A stretch of DNA of 64,000 nt from Capsulimonadaceae bacterium (GTDB lineage: Bacteria > Armatimonadota > Armatimonadia > Armatimonadales > Capsulimonadaceae). The notes under the pieces are model-generated. The model searched no databases and was not told the DNA's origin. It saw nothing but the letters and a program-made list of their open reading frames with translations. Below are positions 50,086 through 58,928 of the stretch, piece after piece. Every line of letters begins with the position of its first letter. The stretch's first letter is position 1. The position numbers and the translations under genes were made by a program. The stretch spans positions 3,488,001-3,552,000 of the forward strand of contig OZ244065.1 of the NCBI GenBank assembly GCA_965215505.1. Reading direction: 5' to 3'.

Positions 50086-50196
50086 ACTGGTAATCTTTAC
50101 GGCGTCCGAAAGTTGCCCCCGCCGTCGGCACTCGTGCCACCCCCGCCGCCCCCTTGCGGCGCGCGCCGCCCTCCAAACCCGAAAAGGATCAGCGCC

Positions 50197-51210
50197 ATGC
50201 ACTTTTCTCCCCATCGACCCGGCGGCCTCGCCGCTCTCGCCGCCTTGGGCCTGGCCGCCCTTGCGCCCACGCCCGCCCGCGCCCAGACTCAGGACCTGTT
50301 CGTGTCCAACTTGAACAGCAACACCATCAGCCGCTTCGCCGGGACCGGGCCGGGCGCGTTCAGCACGACCGCCACGGCCATCACCGGCCTGAGCAACCCG
50401 AGGGGCCTGGCCTTCGATGCCAAAGGCGACCTGTTCGCCGCAAACCTCAACAACACCATCACGGAGTTCGCCTCGACGGGCGCGGGCACCTTCGGGGCCG
50501 GCACGACCTTCAGTGCCCCCAGCCTGGACAACCCACAGGGCCTGGCCTTCGATGCCAAGGGCGACCTGTTCGCCGCAAACCTTAACAGCGGCGGCATCAC
50601 CGAGTTCGCCGCCACGCCGGCAGGCACCCTCGGGCCGGGCACGACTGTCGTGACCCAGAACCACCCGGACAGCCTGGCCTTAGACGCCAAAGGCGACCTG
50701 TTCACCGCGAACCTCAACAACAACACCATCACGGAGTTCGCCTCGACGGGCGCGGGCACCTTCGGGCCGGGCCAGACCGTCGCGCTCCAGTACGACCCGA
50801 GCGGTCTGGCCTTCGACGCCAAAGGCGACCTGTTCACCGCGGACTTCGACAACGGCATCAGCGGCCAGGGCAGCATCACGGAGTTCGTCTCGACGGGCGC
50901 GGGCACCTTCGGGCCGGGCCAGACCTTCACCACCGGCCTGAACGGGCCGTCGGCCCTGGCCTTCGACGCGGGCGGCGACCTGTTCACCACATCCGGGGGC
51001 AGCGTCATTGAATTCGCCGCGACGGGGGCGGGCACGTTCGGGACGGGCACGACCGTTGAAACCGGAGCGAGCGCGCCGGTCGGCCTGGCCTTCAGCCCGC
51101 CGCCCGCCCCGAACGTGCCCGCCGTGCCGGAGCCGTCCTCCGCCTTCGCCTTCGCCTGCGGCGGCCTGGGCCTGCTCGGATTGGCCCTGCGCCCCCGGAA
51201 GACGGCCTAG
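50197..51210 (+). CDS. PEP-CTERM protein with NHL-like beta-propeller repeats
   Basis: Repeated P.GLAFDAKGDLF.AN...ITEF; VPEPS + TM. Confidence 0.92.
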   Translation: MHFSPHRPGGLAALAALGLAALAPTPARAQTQDLFVSNLNSNTISRFAGTGPGAFSTTATAITGLSNPRGLAFDAKGDLFAANLNNTITEFASTGAGTFGAGTTFSAPSLDNPQGLAFDAKGDLFAANLNSGGITEFAATPAGTLGPGTTVVTQNHPDSLALDAKGDLFTANLNNNTITEFASTGAGTFGPGQTVALQYDPSGLAFDAKGDLFTADFDNGISGQGSITEFVSTGAGTFGPGQTFTTGLNGPSALAFDAGGDLFTTSGGSVIEFAATGAGTFGTGTTVETGASAPVGLAFSPPPAPNVPAVPEPSSAFAFACGGLGLLGLALRPRKTA

Positions 51211-51285
51211 CAAGAGGCCCCCGGCCAGTCATGGCCGGGAGCCTCTTTTTCTTGCGATCCTTATTTTTCTTGCGATCATCGCTTT

Positions 51286-51300
51286 TGGCATGATTCATGC
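51286..51300 (+). promoter_or_regulatory. Sigma54 promoter
   Basis: TGGCATGATTCATGC, preceded by the direct repeat TTTTTCTTGCGATC x2. Confidence 0.7.
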
Positions 51301-51400
51301 AGTACGGTGTTAATACCGGCATCCCGAACCACCCCCGCCGCAGGCGATCGTGCCTTGTTCTACTTTTTGTCCTCACCCTTCGCACGAAAGGAACAGCGTC

Positions 51401-51667
51401 ATGTCCACCGTAGCCGACGAAGTACGCCCCCGGAAACACTTCACCGCCGCCGAGATCGAGGCCGAACTCGCGGTGGCCCCACACCTCATCGCCCCGCTGA
51501 CCTGCCAGGAGTTGTGCGGCGAGATCCAGAACGACATGGACACCCTCCAGAACCTGGAGGATTTCCCGGCCAACCAGCGCGCGCGCGTCCGCATAGGGCT
51601 GCTGCGGGCCATCGTCGCACTCCGCCACCAACTGAAGCAGCAGCACTGCCCGGATTGTCAGGACTGA
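51401..51667 (+). CDS. Small hypothetical Cys-containing helical protein
   Basis: AAAGGA RBS; CQELC and a terminal CPDC. Confidence 0.7.
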   Translation: MSTVADEVRPRKHFTAAEIEAELAVAPHLIAPLTCQELCGEIQNDMDTLQNLEDFPANQRARVRIGLLRAIVALRHQLKQQHCPDCQD

Positions 51668-51690
51668 CAGCGGGTGCCCGCCCCGGAGTG

Positions 51691-51810
51691 CCCGGCGTTA
51701 AACCGCCGGTCTCCACGGAGAGGCCGCCCGCTTCGGGGCTTCGGATCATTCGTTTCGGATCATTCGGGCGGCAGCCTTCGGTCTGCGTAGGGGCGGGCAG
51801 CCGCCCCTAC
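51691..51810. repeat. Family B arm plus a GTAG REP
   Basis: Matches 33597-33650; GTAGGGGCGGGCAGCCGCCCCTAC. Confidence 0.8.
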
Positions 51811-51867
51811 ATGGCCTGGGGGGACATCGCCCGACGGCGCTGACGCGGGCACACGCGCCGGGCCACG

Positions 51868-51955
51868 CCGTCATCGCCTCCCCACCCGTCATCGCCTCCC
51901 CACCCGTCATCGCCTCCCCACCCGTCATCGCCTCCCCACCCGTCATCGCCTCCCC
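51868..51955. repeat. 18-bp tandem repeat, about 5 copies
   Basis: CCGTCATCGCCTCCCCAC. Confidence 0.88.
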
Positions 51956-52054
51956 CCTCAAGATTTACTCCCCCTCTGCCGACTATCCTGCTGAGTCTGC
52001 ACGTCCGCCCCAGTGCGCGGCGGACGCTTGAACACGGGGATGGGAGACTTCTTA

Positions 52055-54154
52055 ATGGCTAATCTTAATCGGGCCGGGCTTACTCGCGCTGATATTACTC
52101 GCATGGGCCGGACGGGCGTGGCGGCGCTTGCGGCCCTGCTGGGCGCGGCGGGGTCCTGCTCGGCGGCGGGCTACGTCGTCCTGAACACGGCGAGCAGCGG
52201 GGCCGGGTCGCTGGCGGCGGCTTTGGCGGCGGCCTCGGCGGACAGCGACAGCGCGGACACGATCACCTTTGACCCCACCGTCACGGGCACTATCCCGACG
52301 GGCGGGGCGGAGCTTGCCATCGGCAAGAGCGTGACGATCGCGGGGCCGGGCGCGGACGTCCTGGCGATTGACGCGGGCGGGTCGGGCCGGGTCTTCGACA
52401 TCACCTCGGCCTCGGCCACGGTCGCCATTTCCGGCCTGACCCTCGCGAACGGGAACGTCTCCGGCGTCGGCAGCGGCTACGGCGGGGGCATCTACAGCCA
52501 GGGGGCGCTGACCGTCACCGCCTGCGCGTTCACCGGCGACGGCGCGGACTTCGGCGGCGGGCTTTACAACGACGGCGGCACGGTCAGCGTCGCCGGGTGT
52601 ACCTTCTCCGGCGACACGGCGGGCAGCTACGGCGGCGGCCTGTTCAACGGCGGCGGCACGGCGGTCGTCACGGACAGCACCTTCAGCGGCGACGCGGCGG
52701 GGGTGAGCGGCGGCGCGCTTGGCAACCTGGACACGGTCGCCGTCGCCGGCGTCACCTTCTCCGGCGATGCGGCGGGCACGGCGGGCGGCGCGGTCGCGAA
52801 CTACGGCACGCTGACCGTCACGGCCTCCCTGTTCGCGGGGAGTGCGGGCGGCGACAGTGACCCGAGCGGCACCCCGGCGGCCTCGGGCGGCTCCAACCTG
52901 CTCGGGGACGCGGACGGCAACGGGTTTGTCGGCGGCACGAACTACGACCAGACCGGCGTCGCCAACGCCCTGCTCGGGCCTTTGGCCGCGAACGGCGGGC
53001 CGACCCAGACCTGCGCGGTCTTCGCGGGGTCCCCGGCCATCGGCGGCGACCACAGCGGCGCGACGGCGGCCGACCAGCGCGGGACGGCCCGCGCGTCCCG
53101 CACCATCGGGTCCTTCGAGTATGTCGCGCCCGCCCCGGTCGTCCCGCCCGCCCCGGCCGTCCGCACCCACCTGCTGTGGGACAACACCGACGGGCGGGCC
53201 ATGCTCTGGAACGTGGACGCGGCGGGCGGCGTCACCCTCAGCGGCTTCGGGCCGTACACCGACGGTGCCCCGCAGAACAAGTGGGTCGCGACGGCCCTCG
53301 CGACCGGGCCGGACGGCATGAACCACGTCCTGTGGAACAACACCGACGGCCGCGTCATGCTCTGGACCGTGGACAACGCGGGCAACTTCACCCTGGCCGG
53401 CTACGGCCCCTACACCGACGACAGCGTCGGCAATGACCCCACGGTCAACAAGTGGCACGCCGTCGGCGTCTCGGTCGGCCCGGACAACGTGACGCACCTG
53501 CTGTGGGACAACACCGACGGCCGCGTCATGCTGTGGGACGTGGACCCCGCCTTCAGCTTCACCGTGGCGGGCTACGGCCCCTACACCGACGACAGCGTCG
53601 GCGGCGACCCCACGGTCAACAAGTGGGTCGCGGCGGCGGTCGCCACCGGCCCGGACAATGTCACCCGCCTGCTGTGGGACAACACCGACGGCCGCGTCAT
53701 GCTGTGGAACGTCGCCCCGGACTTCACCTTCACCCTGGCCGGCTACGGGCCGTACACGGACAACGCCCCGCAGAACAAGTGGTACGCCGCCGGCGTCTCG
53801 GTCGGCGCGGACAACACGACGCACCTGCTGTGGGACAACACGGACAGCCGGGTCATGCTGTGGGACGTGGACAGCTCCTACGGCTTCACCCTGGCCGGCT
53901 TCGGCCCGTACACGGATGACAGCGTCGGCGGCGACCCCAGCGTCAACAAGTGGTACGCGGCGGCCCTCGCGACCGGCCCCGACAACGTGACGCGCCTGGC
54001 CTGGGACAACACGGACAGCCGGGTCATGCTGTGGGACGTTGACCCCGCCTTCAGCTTCACCGTGGCGGGCTACGGCCCCTACACCGACGACAGCGTCGGC
54101 GGCGACCCCAGCGCCAACAAATGGTACGCCGTCGGCGTCTCCGCAGCCCCGTAG
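52055..54154 (+). CDS. Secreted beta-helix (choice-of-anchor Q-like) protein with C-terminal propeller repeats
   Basis: GGG(I/L)YN repeats, LGPLAANGGPTQT, DQRG; six LWDNTD.RVMLW...GPYTD repeats; start uncertain. Confidence 0.85.
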   Translation: MANLNRAGLTRADITRMGRTGVAALAALLGAAGSCSAAGYVVLNTASSGAGSLAAALAAASADSDSADTITFDPTVTGTIPTGGAELAIGKSVTIAGPGADVLAIDAGGSGRVFDITSASATVAISGLTLANGNVSGVGSGYGGGIYSQGALTVTACAFTGDGADFGGGLYNDGGTVSVAGCTFSGDTAGSYGGGLFNGGGTAVVTDSTFSGDAAGVSGGALGNLDTVAVAGVTFSGDAAGTAGGAVANYGTLTVTASLFAGSAGGDSDPSGTPAASGGSNLLGDADGNGFVGGTNYDQTGVANALLGPLAANGGPTQTCAVFAGSPAIGGDHSGATAADQRGTARASRTIGSFEYVAPAPVVPPAPAVRTHLLWDNTDGRAMLWNVDAAGGVTLSGFGPYTDGAPQNKWVATALATGPDGMNHVLWNNTDGRVMLWTVDNAGNFTLAGYGPYTDDSVGNDPTVNKWHAVGVSVGPDNVTHLLWDNTDGRVMLWDVDPAFSFTVAGYGPYTDDSVGGDPTVNKWVAAAVATGPDNVTRLLWDNTDGRVMLWNVAPDFTFTLAGYGPYTDNAPQNKWYAAGVSVGADNTTHLLWDNTDSRVMLWDVDSSYGFTLAGFGPYTDDSVGGDPSVNKWYAAALATGPDNVTRLAWDNTDSRVMLWDVDPAFSFTVAGYGPYTDDSVGGDPSANKWYAVGVSAAP

Positions 54155-54194
54155 GCGCGGCGCGGCACAGAGCGGCATAGGCACATAGGCAGGC

Positions 54195-54236
54195 AAAGGG
54201 CGCGGCTTCCTGGGAAGGAGGCCGCGCCCTTTTTCG
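54195..54236 (+). terminator. Rho-independent terminator
   Basis: AAAGGGCGCGGCTTCCT...AGGAGGCCGCGCCCTTTTT. Confidence 0.75.
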
Positions 54237-54270
54237 TCGGGGGCCATCAGGCCACGCCGGGGCCATCGGT

Positions 54271-54511
54271 CCCGGCCCTGAAGGGCCGGTCTAAGGTTTT
54301 ATTAGGGTATTCCCGGCTCCGCCGGTGGGCCGCCCCTTCGGGGCTTCGGAGGGCATTGTTCGGACAGCGTGATGCGGGATAACGCCGTCCAGGCCTTGTA
54401 GGGGCGCTGCTTGCCGCGCCCTCCTGTTATCACCGCGCCCCCACTCTCCGAAGCCCCGAAGCGGGCGGCCCACCGGCGGAGCCGGGAGGAGACCGGCCCT
54501 TCAGGGCCGGG
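54271..54511. repeat. Family B doublet with a nested GTAG REP
   Basis: Arms at 54271-54350 and 54447-54511. Confidence 0.85.
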
Positions 54512-54639
54512 TCAGACTGGCTTCACGCCCGCGCCGGGGACGAAAACGGGCGCGGCCCCCACTTCGAGGACCGCGCCCACCGGCTTCGTTCGGCCTGCAC
54601 CGCCTAGACGGCGGCCAAACGGCCCTCCCGCGCCCCGGT

Positions 54640-55026
54640 GGCGCGGGGGCCGCGTAGCCGTTCTCGATGACGGCCCGAATCCAGACCCCTTTGAGTTCGC
54701 GCAGGTTTCTCAGCGCCTCCTCCGGCGTGTCCCCGTCGGCGGCGCAGCCGACGAACTCGACGATCTCGGCCACATAGCACCCGTCACTCGGACTATGATA
54801 GACTCTCACCTCGTAGCCATCCCTAACACTTTGTCGTCTCCTGTGTACAGCGCCAGGGCGTCCCGGACCTGGGCGACCTGGTAGGACTTCGCCTTGCCGT
54901 CCCGGCGCGGCTGGACGTTGACCGCCACGGGACCAGCGGGTGCTTGTAAACCCGGTGGCTCGTCCCCCGGCTGAACTGCTCCAGAGAGTAGATCAACTCC
55001 GCGAAGCCGACATTGTAGAACATCAA
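54640..55026 (-). pseudogene. Degenerate HicA-HicB toxin-antitoxin pair
   Basis: HicA-like TSHRVYKHP and VNVQP..GKAKSYQV sit in different frames; HicB-like YVAEI.EF.GC.A.GDTPEEAL has a disrupted start. Confidence 0.7.
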
Positions 55027-55100
55027 GCAGGAAGACAGCGGCCCGATGCCGAAATCACACCCGGAAAGAAATCATACCCGGAAAGAAATCATACCCGGAA

Positions 55101-56165
55101 ATGAGCTACCGCGCCACGACACTGAGCTACATAAACGGCCCCACGGTGGACCCCCTGTTCATCACGGGGGAAACCTGTGCGGTTTTAAGGGAACTCCCGG
55201 ATGACACCATAGACTTCTGCATGACCTCGCCGCCCTACTGGGGCCAGCGTGAATATCCCTCCGGTGGGGTAGGCGAGGAGAAGACGCCCGCCGAGTATAA
55301 AGCGAATCTGCTCGCGATCTTCGCGCAGGTCCACCGGATACTAAAGCCGACCGGCTCGTTCTGGCTGAACATCGGCGACACCTACCAGGGCAAGGGGCTG
55401 CTGGGCCTCCCCTGGCGCATCGCGCTGGCGATGATCGACGAGCAGGGCTGGGTACTCAGGAACAGCGTCATCTGGGACAAGATCAAGGGCGGCCTCGACC
55501 AGTCCGGCGACAGGCTGCGGAATGTGCATGAGGACGTGTTTCACTTCACCAAAAAGGCCCAGGGCTTCTACTATGATGTGAACGCGATCAAGGCCGACCC
55601 CCGGAAGTCGAAGGTCGTGAACGGCGCGGTCGTCTCGGCGACCGGGGTTTCGGGGAAGCGGTATAAGAGGCAGATCGAACTCTCCACCGCCCTGAGCGAA
55701 GCGGAAAAAGGGGCGGCACTGGCGGCACTGGCGGGTGTGCTGGACGACGTGCGGGGCGGGAGGCTGAACGACTTCCGCATGGTGATCCGTGGCCAGCACC
55801 GGACGACCCACTCCGACTCTGCGCGCGTGTCGGGCCGAGCGAAAGAACTCCAGGAGAGGGGGTTCTACTTCCTGAAATACGACCCGAAAGGCACGAAGCC
55901 GACCGACCTCTGGGCGATTCTGCCCGAGGATGCGCCGGGGAGAAGTCTCGGCGGGAAGTCACCCCATTACGCCCCCTACCCGGAAGAACTGTGCCTCATC
56001 CCGCTCCTCGCCACCTGCCCACCGGACGGCATCGCTCTGGACATGTTTTGCGGGACGGGAACGACGAACGCCGTCGCGCGACGCCTCGGGCGGAAGTCCA
56101 TCGGCATTGATCTTTCCGCCGAATACACCTCATACGCCAGGGAAAGGGCGAGGCAGCCATCATGA
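55101..56165 (+). CDS. Beta-class amino-DNA methyltransferase (probably N4-cytosine)
   Basis: TSPPY precedes DMFCGTGTT; H.APYPEEL. Confidence 0.92.
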   Translation: MSYRATTLSYINGPTVDPLFITGETCAVLRELPDDTIDFCMTSPPYWGQREYPSGGVGEEKTPAEYKANLLAIFAQVHRILKPTGSFWLNIGDTYQGKGLLGLPWRIALAMIDEQGWVLRNSVIWDKIKGGLDQSGDRLRNVHEDVFHFTKKAQGFYYDVNAIKADPRKSKVVNGAVVSATGVSGKRYKRQIELSTALSEAEKGAALAALAGVLDDVRGGRLNDFRMVIRGQHRTTHSDSARVSGRAKELQERGFYFLKYDPKGTKPTDLWAILPEDAPGRSLGGKSPHYAPYPEELCLIPLLATCPPDGIALDMFCGTGTTNAVARRLGRKSIGIDLSAEYTSYARERARQPS

Positions 56166-57112
56166 GCGCGAAGGAGGGCAGGACGAAAGGGAGCGGACGC
56201 GGCATCACGGAGCTTTACACCCTCCCGACACTCCGGCAGGGGGTGGATTGGGCCGCAACGATCCAGGAGCAGGACTGCCGCTACATCGGCAAACGCTGCG
56301 CCAAGCGCCGCAAGACGGAGCCGGACGTCAGCATCGGCACTTGCACCGTCGGGTACAACTCCAAGAACCCCAAGAACATCATCATCTGCCCGTTCCGCTT
56401 CTTGGAGCGCCGGCAGGTGTTTACGCACTGCCTCCACCTGCTCACCCATACCGAGCCGGGGGATGAGCATCACGTCGTCTCGGAGGTCACTATTCCAGGC
56501 GGCAGCGTGGACTACTGCCTTGTCGCCACGCGGAAGGGGAGGGTGATCGACTTCGTGGGCATCGAACTCCAGGCCGTGGACACGACCGGAACGGTCTGGC
56601 CGACGCGGCAGCAGTTCCTGTCTTCGCTGGGCCTGGCGGGAGCGCCGCCGGAAGACAAGAGCTACGGCATGAACTGGAAGATGAGCGGCAAAACCATCCT
56701 CGTCCAGCTCCACCACAAGGTGGAGACGTTCGAGCATGTGGGGCGTCACTTCGTACTCGTAGTCCAGGACCATTTCCTTGATGAGATGGTGAAAAGCTTT
56801 TCCTTCGACCACATCGGGCCTGCCAAGATCGGGGACACGATGCACTTCCACTCGTGCTCGCTGACGGAGCAGAACACAGGTTCTCAGAGCGCAAGCTACA
56901 AGCTGGAACTCACCAAAAGGATCAGCACGGACAGTGCGGGTGTCCAGACCAGCCTCGGCAACGCCGCAGAAGCAAGGATAGAGCTTGCCGTCATCCTCTC
57001 CACCCTCCAGGAGAAGATTGATAAGGCCCTCTACACGACCCTCCTCTCGGTCACTGACGAAACCCTCCCGACCCCGACGGCGGCCACGAAGCCCGAACTG
57101 CTCGAAGAATAA
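56162..57112 (+). CDS. NotI-family restriction endonuclease
   Basis: C....C.K...GTC...ICP.RF four-Cys motif; SVDY..V, GIELQAVDTTG, QL.HK; ATGA-coupled to the methyltransferase. Confidence 0.85.
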   Translation: MSAKEGRTKGSGRGITELYTLPTLRQGVDWAATIQEQDCRYIGKRCAKRRKTEPDVSIGTCTVGYNSKNPKNIIICPFRFLERRQVFTHCLHLLTHTEPGDEHHVVSEVTIPGGSVDYCLVATRKGRVIDFVGIELQAVDTTGTVWPTRQQFLSSLGLAGAPPEDKSYGMNWKMSGKTILVQLHHKVETFEHVGRHFVLVVQDHFLDEMVKSFSFDHIGPAKIGDTMHFHSCSLTEQNTGSQSASYKLELTKRISTDSAGVQTSLGNAAEARIELAVILSTLQEKIDKALYTTLLSVTDETLPTPTAATKPELLEE

Positions 57113-57152
57113 CAGCGGGAGAGGGACGGGCGAGGGCTTTCCCGCTTCCCCC

Positions 57153-58652
57153 CTACCGCCCCGATGCCCCGTACAGCCGGTCGAACACCTGCGCGGGGTC
57201 GTAAGGCAGGGGGGTGTTTCCCGCCCCGCCGTTCCAGGCGCATTCGGCGGCTTGGACGAAGGCGACGAACTGGGCCTTCTCGTGCCTGAAATTGGCCTCG
57301 GACGAGTTGAAGCCCGCCCAGGTCGTCTCCAGAAGGCCGCGCTCATGGCCCGCCGAAAGCGCCGAGCCGAAGCTCGGGATGTTGCCGGCCTCGAACCAGG
57401 TCGCGCCGATGATCGGGCCGAAGCCCGCCCCGCGCAGCACGCCGAGGCTTGCGAACGGCCCGCTGCCCCTATAGTGCCAGTCGGTCAGGACGATGTCGTG
57501 CGGCAGGCGGGTCCGCATCTGACGCGCCTGTTCGGCCGACGGCGCGGAGACGGCATCGGCGGCCTCCCCTTGGGCCAGCAGCATGTCCCCCCACAGCATG
57601 GTGCGGACGTGCCGCGCCTTCAGGTGGTCGTGGGCGCGCGTCACCTGCGCGACATAGGCGTCCGCCAATGTGGGGAACTGGGCGCGGCTGCGGTACGGGT
57701 AGCGCCCGCGCAGGGCCACCTCGTCCCCGCCGATGTGCAGGGCGGACGACCCGAAGGTGTCCAAAACCTCGTCGTACAGCCTGAACAGGAACTTGTCGGT
57801 GGCGGGGGAGGCGACATAGGCCGCGTAGGGGGTCTGCGGGTCCTCGGCCAAGGCGAGGTTCGCGCCGCCCTCGAACGCCCACGGCATGTGGCCGACCGAG
57901 TTGACCAGGGGCGTCACGGCCAGGCCGTAGCGGCGGGCGAAGGCGACCTCGGTTTTGAGGTCGGCCTTGGACATGCCCCAGGACGGCGCGGCCTTGCCCA
58001 ATGTCGTCCACTTGGCCTGCTCGCATTCAAGCACCAGGGCGTTCATCTTGAGCCGGGCGAAGACCCGCGCGATCAGCTTCTCGTGGAACGGCAGGGCGTG
58101 GTCGCCGACGAACAGGTGCGCCCCGCGCCACCCCAGGGAGGGGTAGTCGCTGATGCGCGCGCCGCTGACATAGACCCCGCCCGCGTCCCGCCCCAGCATC
58201 TGACAGAGCGTTTGTGCCCCGTAGAAGGTCCCGGCGGGGTCATGGCCGGCCACGACCGCCCCGCCCGGCCCGGCGGCCAGTGCGTACCCCTCCGCCCGAT
58301 CCGGCGGGCCACCGCTCGACTCCCCAAACGCAATCACCGGGCCGCCGCGCAGGCCGCCCGGCGCGACCAACGGGTCGCCGCCTGCCGTGCGGATGGGCAG
58401 CAGGGGCAGGCCGAAATGCGCGTGCAGCTCGGCCTGCACCGACAAGGCCGCCATCCGGTCCATCCGGCCCGCTTCAGGGGCGAGCAGGAGCCGCGTGTGG
58501 GCATTGATCCGCAGCCGCAGGCCGGTCCACACGACGCTCTTGGGGCGGGGGATGAGCAGGGGGGCGTCGGCCCTCGCCCTCGGCAGGGGCGCGAGGGCGG
58601 CAAGGCAGGGGACGGCGAGGGCCAGGAGGCAGGCGGGAAGTTTGATGGGCAT
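57153..58652 (-). CDS. GH20 beta-N-acetylhexosaminidase
   Basis: LIPRP, EGY.L, FYGAQTL, DYP...RG, HIGGDE, WGDM. Confidence 0.92.
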   Translation of the reverse strand: MPIKLPACLLALAVPCLAALAPLPRARADAPLLIPRPKSVVWTGLRLRINAHTRLLLAPEAGRMDRMAALSVQAELHAHFGLPLLPIRTAGGDPLVAPGGLRGGPVIAFGESSGGPPDRAEGYALAAGPGGAVVAGHDPAGTFYGAQTLCQMLGRDAGGVYVSGARISDYPSLGWRGAHLFVGDHALPFHEKLIARVFARLKMNALVLECEQAKWTTLGKAAPSWGMSKADLKTEVAFARRYGLAVTPLVNSVGHMPWAFEGGANLALAEDPQTPYAAYVASPATDKFLFRLYDEVLDTFGSSALHIGGDEVALRGRYPYRSRAQFPTLADAYVAQVTRAHDHLKARHVRTMLWGDMLLAQGEAADAVSAPSAEQARQMRTRLPHDIVLTDWHYRGSGPFASLGVLRGAGFGPIIGATWFEAGNIPSFGSALSAGHERGLLETTWAGFNSSEANFRHEKAQFVAFVQAAECAWNGGAGNTPLPYDPAQVFDRLYGASGR

Positions 58653-58699
58653 GGGTCATTGTAGCAGAACGGCGCGCGGAGGGCAACCCGGCGCGGGCG

Positions 58700-58873
58700 A
58701 ACCGGGCGCGGCGTGTCGGCCCGGGCGCGGCGTGTCGGCCCCGGCGCGGCGTGTCGGCCCCGGCGCGGCGTGTCGGCCCCGGCGCGGCGTGTCGGCCCCG
58801 GCGCGGCGGCCATCATGACCCGGCCCTGGAGGGCCGGTCTAAGGTTTTATTAGGGTATTCCCGGCTTCGCCGG
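58700..58873. repeat. About 19-20-bp tandem repeat (about 5 copies) followed by a family B arm
   Basis: CGGCGCGGCGTGTCGGCCC(C) repeats; CCGGCCCTGGAGGGCCGGTCTAAGG at ~58820. Confidence 0.85.
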
Positions 58874-58928
58874 GTCTTATCCATGGCGAATGCATCGCCC
58901 CGCGCAATCCGCCCCGCACGCCCCTTCC

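Noticed and set aside
53160-54150. Diversity-generating retroelement TR/VR pair
   Set aside because: The repeats are in-frame protein repeats, the differences are not adenine-specific, and no reverse transcriptase is present.
56162-57112. Assigning GCGGCCGC specificity to the endonuclease
   Set aside because: Family membership does not fix the recognition site. The 8-mer occurs in the window (~6547, ~7272), and depletion cannot be assessed by eye.
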